Assembly (NCBI RefSeq): GCF_000020965.1
Contig: NC_011297.1
Coordinates: forward strand, 664,387 to 696,386
Direction of reading: 5' to 3'
Length of the DNA: 32,000 nucleotides
DNA from: Dictyoglomus thermophilum H-6-12
Lineage (GTDB): Bacteria; Dictyoglomota; Dictyoglomia; Dictyoglomales; Dictyoglomaceae
Positions 25,324 through 32,000 of the stretch are shown here, in pieces; position 1 is the first letter of the stretch, and every line of letters starts with the position of its first letter. Both the position numbers and the translations under genes were made by a program. The notes under the pieces were generated by a model. The model was not told where the DNA came from and made no database searches. It saw only the letters and a program-made list of their open reading frames with translations.

Positions 25324-26541
25324 ATGATCTTAGAACTTATAAAAATGGCTATTAATAATTTTAATACAAATAAATTAAGGACATTTCTTACTACTTTAGG
25401 GATAATCATTGGTGTTGCTGCCGTGGTCACACTAATGTCCTTAGGAGAAGGAACTAAGGTTACAATTGAGAGGCAGTTTACCTCTTTAGGATCAAATCTC
25501 TTGACAGTTTTCCCGAGATTTGGAAGAGGAGTAGGGCTTGTAAGAGGTACTCCGAGAAGTTCAATTACCAATGATGATTATGAAGCTTTGTTAAAGGAAT
25601 TAGACCTAAGTAAGATTGTAGCAATAGTTCCTTATACCTCTAGAAATGTTCAGGTTAAATATAAGGCTCAGAATACAAATACACAAGTGATTGGTACATC
25701 TCCTGAGTATTTAAATTTGAGGGAAATTAAAGTGGCTAGTGGAGATTTCTTTTCTGAAGAAGAATATAAGGGAAGTAAAAGGGTTGCAGTTTTGGGATCC
25801 TCTGTTGCAGAGACATTATTTGATAATGAAGATCCTATTGGGCAAAGTATAAAAATTTCGGGTATTACTTTCAAAGTTATAGGGGTACTTGAACCTCAGG
25901 GTCAACTTGGTGGTTTTGCTAATCTTGATGATATGATATTTATTCCTTTGACTACTTTTCAAAGGAAAATTCAGGGAGGGAATTATTTAAACAGTATCTA
26001 TGTATCCGCAGTAAGTCCCGATGTAATGAATGATTTACAATCTAAAATAGAGGAGATTTTAAGGAAAAAACATAAAATAACAGATCCTAATAATGATGAT
26101 TTTGTAGTTCAAAATCAATTAACTATCCTTTCTTCATTGAACCAATCAATGCAGACTTTGACTTTGTTCTTGGCAGGAATTGCTGCTATTTCTCTTCTTG
26201 TAGGAGGAATAGGAATAATGAATATTATGCTTGTGAATGTAACGGAAAGAATAAGAGAGATAGGTATAAGGAAGGCTGTTGGGGCAAAGGCAAGATATAT
26301 CCTATATCAGTTTTTAATCGAGTCAGTTATTGTATCTGTTGCTGGTGGTATATTAGGGATACTTTTGGGAATTGTATTATCTCAAGTTATAAAATCTTTT
26401 TCAGGTCTTTCTGCTGTTGTAACTTTATATCCTGTGGTACTTTCCTTTACTGTTTCTGCACTCGTAGGAATTTTCTTTGGATACTATCCTGCTTATAGGG
26501 CTTCTAAATTAAATCCTATCGATGCCTTAAGATATGAATAA
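25324..26541 (+). CDS. MacB-type ABC transporter permease (FtsX domain with large periplasmic domain)
   Basis: N-terminal TM LRTFLTTLGIIIGVAAVV, a ~230-aa periplasmic domain, and a C-terminal FtsX-type three-TM bundle (GGIGIMNIMLVNVTERIREIGIRKAVGA...). It ends ...ASKLNPIDALRYE, as is typical for the family. The track start is GTG 25315; ATG 25324 has AGGTGA 5 nt upstream. Confidence 0.85.
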   Translation: MILELIKMAINNFNTNKLRTFLTTLGIIIGVAAVVTLMSLGEGTKVTIERQFTSLGSNLLTVFPRFGRGVGLVRGTPRSSITNDDYEALLKELDLSKIVAIVPYTSRNVQVKYKAQNTNTQVIGTSPEYLNLREIKVASGDFFSEEEYKGSKRVAVLGSSVAETLFDNEDPIGQSIKISGITFKVIGVLEPQGQLGGFANLDDMIFIPLTTFQRKIQGGNYLNSIYVSAVSPDVMNDLQSKIEEILRKKHKITDPNNDDFVVQNQLTILSSLNQSMQTLTLFLAGIAAISLLVGGIGIMNIMLVNVTERIREIGIRKAVGAKARYILYQFLIESVIVSVAGGILGILLGIVLSQVIKSFSGLSAVVTLYPVVLSFTVSALVGIFFGYYPAYRASKLNPIDALRYE

Positions 26542-26552
26542 GGGGGATAAAA

Positions 26553-27128
26553 ATGAGGTGGACAAAGAGATATGTATCTTTTATTTTTATCTTCTTGCTT
26601 CTTATTTCTATAGTTGGGGCTCAGACTCAGTCTCAACCTCAAAGAAGGGCTTTTATGTCTCAAGAAGTGCAGTATTTGACAAGATTAATAAGAGACTTAA
26701 GAGAACTTGATAAGGATAAGAAGGTAACTATAACTAAAAGTCAAGCTCAAAAACTTATCCCTATACTTCAAGAGCTAGGTAAGGTAAGTGAATTACCTAA
26801 GAAAGAAGCCGATAAATTTATTAACCGTATTGAAGGTGTGCTTACAGATGCTCAATTAACCTATCTTGATAAGTTGCAAATAGAGAGACAAAAGAGATTA
26901 GAGGAGATGAGACAAAGAATGTCTCAACAACAATCTTCTGCTCAACAGCCTCAATTTAATCCCCAATGGAGAAATCAACAGAATTTTCAAATATCTGAGA
27001 AGGAAAGGCAGGAATTTCAAAAGTTTATGGATGCTTGGAGTAAAGGAAAACCTCTAAATCCCTTTTATCATTTATCCATCTATAAGAAACAACTTAATGA
27101 TCTTATTGATTACTTGAAGAAAAAATAA
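26553..27128 (+). CDS. Secreted Gln-rich hypothetical protein with LTxxQ-like motifs
   Basis: AAGGGGGA RBS, 11 nt after the permease gene. Signal peptide (VSFIFIFLLLISIVGAQ). Helical body with ITKSQAQKL and LTDAQLTYL motifs and a Q-rich stretch (SQQQSSAQQPQFNPQWRNQQNFQ). I recognise no family with confidence. Confidence 0.4.
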   Translation: MRWTKRYVSFIFIFLLLISIVGAQTQSQPQRRAFMSQEVQYLTRLIRDLRELDKDKKVTITKSQAQKLIPILQELGKVSELPKKEADKFINRIEGVLTDAQLTYLDKLQIERQKRLEEMRQRMSQQQSSAQQPQFNPQWRNQQNFQISEKERQEFQKFMDAWSKGKPLNPFYHLSIYKKQLNDLIDYLKKK

Positions 27129-27178
27129 GAAAATCAAAAATAGATTAATTATTAGATTTAGAAGGGGGAGGTGATCTT

Positions 27179-28663
27179 GTGTATATTCTTGCCTTAGATC
27201 AGGGTACTACAAGTTCAAGGGCTATAATATTTGATTCTTTGGGGAATATAATAGGTGTGGCCCAAAAGGAATTTCCTCAGATTTTTCCAAAACCTGGTTG
27301 GGTGGAACACAATCCATGGGATATATGGAATTCTCAAAGGGAAGTAATGTTTGAAGCTATAGAAAAAGCAAAGATAAAGCCCAAAGAAATTTCTGCTATT
27401 GGAGTTACAAATCAGAGAGAGACTACTATTGTGTGGGATAAAGATACGGGACAACCAATACATAATGCTATTGTTTGGCAATGTAGAAGAACTGCAGATT
27501 ATTGTGAGAGATTAAAAAAAGATGGACTCTCAGAGCTTGTTAAAGAAAAGACTGGTCTGGTTATAGACGCATATTTTTCTAGTCCTAAGATAAAGTGGAT
27601 TCTTGATAATGTTCCTGAGGCAAGAAAAAAGGCAGAACAAGGAAAGCTACTTTTTGGTACTGTTGATACCTGGCTTATATGGAATTTAACGGGGAGAAAA
27701 GTTCATGCTACAGATTACACTAATGCCTCAAGGACTATGCTGTTTAACATAAAAAATTTAGATTGGGATGATGAACTTCTTGAAATAATGAACATTCCTC
27801 GTAATATGTTACCTAAACCTCTTCCTTCTAGTTATTTTTATGGTGTTTGCAATATATTTGAGGATGCAGAAATTCCTATAACAGGTATAGCAGGTGATCA
27901 ACAGGCTGCATTATTTGGACAGTGTGGCTTCGAAGAAGGCATTTTGAAGAATACTTATGGTACAGGATGTTTTATACTTCTTAATACTGGAAAAGATATC
28001 AAATATTCCTCAAAAGGTTTAATTACTACTGTAGCTTATGGAATTGGTGATGATGTGCATTATGCTCTTGAAGGTAGTGTGTTCATAGCAGGAGCTGTAA
28101 TTCAGTGGCTTCGAGATAATCTTGGAATTATTAAGAACTCTTCCGAAAGTGAAATTTTGGCAAAAATGGTAGAAGACAATGGTGGAGTATATTTTGTTCC
28201 CGCATTTGTAGGTCTTGGTGCACCTTATTGGGATATGTTTGCGAGAGGTTTGATTATTGGTATCACAAGAGGTGTAAAGAGAGAACATATTGTAAGAGCA
28301 GCTTTAGAATCTATAGCTTACCAGACTAATGATGTGATAGAGCTTATGGAAAGTGAAACAGGTATAAAAATAAAGGAGCTAAGAGTAGATGGAGGGGCTT
28401 CGGCAAACAATTTTCTTATGCAATTCCAGTCAGATATATCTAATTTAAAAGTTGTGAGACCTTATATTACCGAGACTACCTCTCTTGGTGCAGCTTTTCT
28501 GGCGGGTCTTAAAGTAGGCATATGGAAAGATCTCAATGAGATTAAGAGAATTTGGAGAGAAGAAAAGATATTTACTCCTGGTATGCCTGAAGAGAAAAGA
28601 AGATATTATTTAGCAAAGTGGAAAGAAGCCGTAACAAAAGCAAGAGGTTGGGAGAAAGAATAA
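27179..28663 (+). CDS. glpK: Glycerol kinase
   Basis: GTG start with AGGGGGAGGTGA upstream. Its N-terminus is that of an FGGY sugar kinase, reading [18 protein letters not shown]...GWVEHNP, followed by [25 protein letters not shown] and [17 protein letters not shown]. Confidence 0.92.
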   Translation: MYILALDQGTTSSRAIIFDSLGNIIGVAQKEFPQIFPKPGWVEHNPWDIWNSQREVMFEAIEKAKIKPKEISAIGVTNQRETTIVWDKDTGQPIHNAIVWQCRRTADYCERLKKDGLSELVKEKTGLVIDAYFSSPKIKWILDNVPEARKKAEQGKLLFGTVDTWLIWNLTGRKVHATDYTNASRTMLFNIKNLDWDDELLEIMNIPRNMLPKPLPSSYFYGVCNIFEDAEIPITGIAGDQQAALFGQCGFEEGILKNTYGTGCFILLNTGKDIKYSSKGLITTVAYGIGDDVHYALEGSVFIAGAVIQWLRDNLGIIKNSSESEILAKMVEDNGGVYFVPAFVGLGAPYWDMFARGLIIGITRGVKREHIVRAALESIAYQTNDVIELMESETGIKIKELRVDGGASANNFLMQFQSDISNLKVVRPYITETTSLGAAFLAGLKVGIWKDLNEIKRIWREEKIFTPGMPEEKRRYYLAKWKEAVTKARGWEKE

Positions 28664-28753
28664 AAATTTTGGAAATAAAAGATAAGGAAGATATGTCTAA
28701 TTTAGATGTAGATGGGAAGTGGTAATTAAGGCTGAAGGGGAGGTATAGAAAAA

Positions 28754-29365
28754 ATGAGAAAGATTATAAAGATATTTGCAGTAATCTTAGTTATATTAGT
28801 GATGTTTTTAAGTTTTTCATACGCTTCTCCTTTTAGAGGTAATCCTCTGATATTAAAGGAGAGAACAAGATTGCAATTTTCTCAAGAATATAGAAATCTG
28901 ATTAGAGAAAGAGATCGAATTGAGGCTCAGATTCAACTTCTTTTGAGAAGTGGAAAAGTAGATTCTGAAGAGCTTCAAAAATATTTGGGAAAGTTAAAGG
29001 ATTTGGATGACAAAATCTATACAAAATTTAAAAAAGATCTTATAGATGATCTTTCTAAGGTTTTAAAACTAAAAGAAGAACAAATACAGAAAGTAGAAGA
29101 TTTACTAAATAAATACTTAGATGAGATTAGAAATTTGAGAATACAATTGCGAGATAAAAACTTAGAGATGAGAACTTTGGAAGAAAATCAGCAGGATAGG
29201 CAGAAAGAGCTTAGGGAGGAAATATATAAGATAAAAAATGAAATAAGGGATAAGCAGAAGACAATGTTCAAAGAATTAAAGCAGGTACTTGATCAGGAAC
29301 AATTTAGAATTCTTGTAAGATTAATGCAGAGATATAATATAAGGATAAGAATTAAGGTGTTTTAA
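28754..29365 (+). CDS. Secreted coiled-coil protein, tentatively Spy/CpxP/ZraP-like (LxxxQ motifs)
   Basis: GGGGAGG RBS and a signal peptide (IFAVILVILVMFLSFSYA). The body is all-helical and K/E/R/Q-rich, with LKEEQIQKV and LDQEQFRIL motifs resembling the LTxxQ repeats of periplasmic stress chaperones. It lies 27 nt upstream of the ECF sigma gene. Confidence 0.4.
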   Translation: MRKIIKIFAVILVILVMFLSFSYASPFRGNPLILKERTRLQFSQEYRNLIRERDRIEAQIQLLLRSGKVDSEELQKYLGKLKDLDDKIYTKFKKDLIDDLSKVLKLKEEQIQKVEDLLNKYLDEIRNLRIQLRDKNLEMRTLEENQQDRQKELREEIYKIKNEIRDKQKTMFKELKQVLDQEQFRILVRLMQRYNIRIRIKVF

Positions 29366-29392
29366 ATTATTAGGAAAGCAAAGGAGAATATT

Positions 29393-30064
29393 ATGGAGAA
29401 GAGTATAATCAATATAATTAAAGGAAAATACCCCCTTTCAAGTCATACCTCCCAGCCGTCTCCCCTTGGCTGGGAGGAAAAGAATAAATTTTCTGATCAA
29501 TCTTTAATCTCTCTAATAAAAAATGGTGATAAAGAGGCTTTTAATATATTGGTAAAGCGATATGAAAAAAAGGTTTTAAATATTCTTTATCTCCAACTTG
29601 GTAATATTCCTGATCTTGAAGATCTTGCTCAAGAAGTTTTTATTAAAGTTTTCAAGAACTTAAATAGATTTAGAGGTGAGGCAAAATTTTCCACATGGAT
29701 CTATAGGATTACTATAAATGTTGCTCACGATTACAAAAGAAAATTTAAAGAAAGTTATTCCTTAGATGAACCCATAGGAGAAGACGAAGAAGACACTTTT
29801 GAAAAGGTTATATCGAGTGATGAAGAAGATCCACTCTCTATTGTGGAGAAAGAAGATATAAAGAAAAAATTACATAAACTAATAAAAGAGCTTCCTAAAG
29901 AATATCAGGAAGTTTTAATTTTGAGAGAATATGAGGGTCTGTCTTATGAAGAAATATCCGAAATTCTTAGGTGTCCTATCGGTACTGTAGAGTCTCGCCT
30001 TTATAGAGCAAGAAAGGAGCTGAAAGAGAAATTGTTGAAGGAAGTAGGGAATTATGCATTGTAA
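29393..30064 (+). CDS. ECF (group 4) RNA polymerase sigma-70 family factor
   Basis: AAGGAG RBS. Region 2 is DLAQEVFIKVFKNLNRFRGEAKFSTWIYRITINVAHDYKRK. The region 4 HTH is LILREYEGLSYEEISEILRCPIGTVESRLYRARKEL. A ~35-aa N-terminal extension precedes the usual ...LI..IKNGDKEAF start. Confidence 0.85.
   Translation: MEKSIINIIKGKYPLSSHTSQPSPLGWEEKNKFSDQSLISLIKNGDKEAFNILVKRYEKKVLNILYLQLGNIPDLEDLAQEVFIKVFKNLNRFRGEAKFSTWIYRITINVAHDYKRKFKESYSLDEPIGEDEEDTFEKVISSDEEDPLSIVEKEDIKKKLHKLIKELPKEYQEVLILREYEGLSYEEISEILRCPIGTVESRLYRARKELKEKLLKEVGNYAL
29448..29477 (+). other. Perfect 10-bp GC-rich inverted repeat / RNA hairpin inside the sigma-factor coding region
   Basis: CCTCCCAGCC (29448-29457), a 10-nt loop GTCTCCCCTT, then GGCTGGGAGG (29468-29477). 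There are no mismatches and 8 of the 10 pairs are G:C, in an otherwise AT-rich window. Confidence 0.7.
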
Positions 30065-30497
30065 AGAAGTTAAAAGACTTCTCTCTGCATATATAGATGG
30101 AGAAATTTCTCCTGAGAAAAAAGGAGAAATTGAGGAGCATCTTTCTTATTGTATTGATTGTAAGAAGGAGCTCATACTTCTGGAGAGATTAATAAAAGAA
30201 ATTCATAATATTCCCGAAATGGTGCCTTCGGAGGATTTTAGTGAGAAATTATGGATAAAAATGACTCTTGAAGGAGAGAAAGATGGATCTTTTAGTATTT
30301 GGAAGAGAATTTTTATTGTTTTAGGTACTGCCGTGGTATTTTTAGGGCTAATCTTTATTATTCAAAATTACATTAATCAGTTTTTGAATAAGCAAAACAA
30401 TAATATTTATATATATTATGAGTTGCATGGAAAAATGACAAATTCTACTTTTACCCGTGAGAACAATCTAGTTGATTTAGTATTATTTAGAGAATAA
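30054..30497 (+). CDS. Anti-sigma factor, zf-HC2 (ZAS-type) with one TM helix
   Basis: Overlaps the sigma gene by 11 nt. The N-terminus is CKEVKRLLSAYIDGEIS...HLSYCIDCKKEL (H-x3-C-x2-C). A single TM helix (IFIVLGTAVVFLGLIFII) and a short extracytoplasmic tail follow. Confidence 0.75.
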   Translation: MHCKEVKRLLSAYIDGEISPEKKGEIEEHLSYCIDCKKELILLERLIKEIHNIPEMVPSEDFSEKLWIKMTLEGEKDGSFSIWKRIFIVLGTAVVFLGLIFIIQNYINQFLNKQNNNIYIYYELHGKMTNSTFTRENNLVDLVLFRE

Positions 30498-30499
30498 CA

Positions 30500-31492
30500 A
30501 TGTATAAGTCACTTTTCTTTCTTTTAATTATACTCTTTGTCGTCTTAACCTTTGCTGTTGAACCTATGGAGATTATTAAAAACTATGCATTAAACAGTGG
30601 TAGGATTCCCTATGAAGGAATAGAAGTTTCTATTTTATTTGCTAAACCTGATTTTCCAAGAACAAGTACGGTTAGGGTTATTGCTAATGGAAAATATGTT
30701 GTCAGAAGAGATTATCTTTCTCCCCCTTTTATGTTGGGAAAGATCAACATAGATAACGGGAAATTTCAATATGACTTTGATCCCAAGAAAAATTTGGTAA
30801 GAATCTCTCCTTCGAGTAATGCTTTTTTAAACAGGGATGAGATAAATCAGCGAATAAACCTTATTAGAAGGAATTTTTATGCAAAATTAGAGGGAGAAGA
30901 GGTATATCTTGGAAGAAAAGTATATGTGTTATCAGTCACTTCTGTGTATACAAAGAAGTTGGTTTTAAAACTTTGGATTGACAAAGATAAATACGTTCCT
31001 TTGAGAATAGATAAATATAATGGAGATGGTATTTTGGTGGGAAGGGTAATGTTTGTTGAAATTAACTTTAATCCTAAGATATCTGATGAGCTATTTGATT
31101 TAAATATTCTCAAGGATAAAGATGTAAAAATAGAAGAAACGAGGTTGAAAGAAGAAAAATTAGAGAATATAGATGTACCATTGAATTTTCCTTTAGGATA
31201 TTCTCTCATTAAACATTACACCCTATGGGAGAAAGAAGACAGATTTACTCACTATTTTAAATACACCGATGGGTTGAATGATGCCTCTTTATTTAAAGGT
31301 TTGATGCCTTTTAATCTTCCTGGTAAGCCTGTAAATATAGATGATTTTCATGTTTTTTATGATTCTAACATCCTATGGAAATCCATTTCTTGGTTAGATG
31401 GAGATAGATTTTTCTTGTTAATAGGTGATTTTCCAAAAGATTATTTAAATAAAATAATTAGTGCTTTTGTAAAACCTTCTGTTATTAAGTAA
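30500..31492 (+). CDS. Exported LolA-fold-like protein, tentatively MucB/RseB-type sigma-E regulatory protein
   Basis: Starts 2 nt after the anti-sigma stop and has a signal peptide or anchor. The N-terminal ~190 aa resemble RseB/LolA-like domains (YEGIEVSILF...VRVIANGKYVVRRDYLSP...NGKFQYDFDPKKN...LKLWIDKDKYVPLRIDKYNGDGILVGRVMFVEINFNP). The position mirrors rpoE-rseA-rseB. Assignment is by recollection and context only. Confidence 0.45.
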   Translation: MYKSLFFLLIILFVVLTFAVEPMEIIKNYALNSGRIPYEGIEVSILFAKPDFPRTSTVRVIANGKYVVRRDYLSPPFMLGKINIDNGKFQYDFDPKKNLVRISPSSNAFLNRDEINQRINLIRRNFYAKLEGEEVYLGRKVYVLSVTSVYTKKLVLKLWIDKDKYVPLRIDKYNGDGILVGRVMFVEINFNPKISDELFDLNILKDKDVKIEETRLKEEKLENIDVPLNFPLGYSLIKHYTLWEKEDRFTHYFKYTDGLNDASLFKGLMPFNLPGKPVNIDDFHVFYDSNILWKSISWLDGDRFFLLIGDFPKDYLNKIISAFVKPSVIK

Positions 31493-32000
31493 AAAGTTCT
31501 TAAGAAAGCAGTTGTTTGAGCAACTTTTACATTCTCTTTTTCCGTGTTCTACGATTAGGGCGTGATACTCCTGAAAGAGTTGATAGATAGGGAAAAGAGA
31601 CTTGTGAAATATTTCTTGCCATTCATTATAGGATAAGTTAAGTTTACCTATCTCTAAACAAGTAAAAATTTTTTTTGTATAGTTATCTATCACAAAAAGA
31701 GGTCTGTTAAAGACGTAAAGGAGTATTGAGTCTACAGTTTCTTTACCTAAACCGTTTATTTTAAGTAGTTCTTCTCTTAACTCTTTTGTTGATTTTTTAT
31801 TCATAGAGATAAGATCTCCCTTATATTTTTCCACAAAGTACTTGAGGAAATTTTTTAGTCTTTTTGCTTTTATTTTGTAGAAACCCACAGGCCTTATTAA
31901 TATTGATAGTTTCTCTTCGTCTAAGGAATAAAGTTTAAATGGATCAAGAAGATGCTCCTCCTTTAGGTTTTTTATAGCTTTTTCCACATTTCTCCAGTTT
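31445..32000 (-). CDS. Endonuclease III-related HhH-GPD family protein (5' end outside window)
   Basis: The track ORF starts at GTG 31987, but the frame stays open to the window edge (…NWRNVEKAIKNL). It has the HhH-GPD hairpin LLKINGLGKETVDSILLY and a C-terminal Cys cluster ECKSCSNNC. Confidence 0.65.
   Translation of the reverse strand, partial: NWRNVEKAIKNLKEEHLLDPFKLYSLDEEKLSILIRPVGFYKIKAKRLKNFLKYFVEKYKGDLISMNKKSTKELREELLKINGLGKETVDSILLYVFNRPLFVIDNYTKKIFTCLEIGKLNLSYNEWQEIFHKSLFPIYQLFQEYHALIVEHGKRECKSCSNNCFLKNFLLNNRRFYKSTNYFI

Noticed and set aside
28671-28700. GGAAAT...TCTAA, considered as an ECF (sigma-E-like GGAACTT-N16-TCTGA/TCAAA) autoregulatory promoter upstream of the stress module.
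   Set aside because: The -35 lacks the conserved AAC core C, and the spacer of about 18-19 nt is longer than typical. In AT-rich DNA such partial matches arise by chance.
28693-28725. Tiny ORF (MSNLDVDGKW, 10 codons plus stop) with an AGGAAG-like sequence just upstream, in the gap between glpK and the coiled-coil gene. It might be a leader peptide.
   Set aside because: It is too short to support from sequence alone, the RBS spacing is tight, and no associated attenuator structure is visible.
31510-31528. AGTTG, a 6-nt loop, CAACT and TTTT as a terminator for the RseB-like gene.
   Set aside because: The stem is only 5 bp and AT-containing, and it lies inside the EndoIII-like coding sequence. 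It is too weak to call.
1-32000. A search by eye for CRISPR-like spaced direct repeats, long inverted repeats, IS or transposase, integrase or phage genes, toxin-antitoxin pairs, or an obvious compositional island.
   Set aside because: None were seen. Composition and codon style look uniform, and every sizeable ORF has a housekeeping or envelope-related assignment. A computational repeat and k-mer scan would be needed to exclude short dispersed repeats.

Overview
This is an AT-rich, very tightly packed chromosomal window, almost entirely plus-strand, from an LPS-making diderm bacterium. The K/E/I-rich proteins and gene content suggest a thermophilic, deep-branching lineage; Dictyoglomus-like is my unverified guess. 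All family calls rest on motifs I recognise by eye, because no searches were run. Layout: (1) 1-13.35 kb holds a 13-gene outer-membrane biogenesis super-operon: bamA (5' partial), an Omp85 paralog, skp, skp, lpxD, lpxC, fabZ, lpxA, lpxB, an lpxB-like gene, msbA-like, a Gfo/Idh/MocA oxidoreductase and a TPR protein. (2) 13.39-17.2 kb holds lptB, a DUF3084-like coiled-coil membrane protein, proS and dut, behind a near-consensus promoter that implies a leaderless lptB. (3) 17.28-20.68 kb holds an EF-G paralog, DUF951 and proB, followed by a terminator and a minus-strand tRNA-Ala(CGC). (4) 20.9-27.1 kb holds a split MacB-type tripartite efflux locus (ATPase, two TolC-like OMFs, MFP, permease) plus a secreted Gln-rich protein. 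(5) glpK follows. (6) 28.75-31.5 kb holds an envelope-stress-like module: a secreted coiled-coil protein, an ECF sigma, a zf-HC2 anti-sigma and an RseB/LolA-like protein. (7) A partial EndoIII-like gene lies on the minus strand. I saw no CRISPR array, transposase, integrase, phage gene or obvious defence or toxin-antitoxin signature, so I cannot point to a clear-cut new system. The best leads are uncharacterised members of the envelope machinery: the lptB-coupled DUF3084-like protein, the LpxB paralog, the many-POTRA BamA with a compact Omp85 paralog, and the dual-OMF split MacB pump. A further lead is a striking GC-rich hairpin inside the ECF sigma gene.
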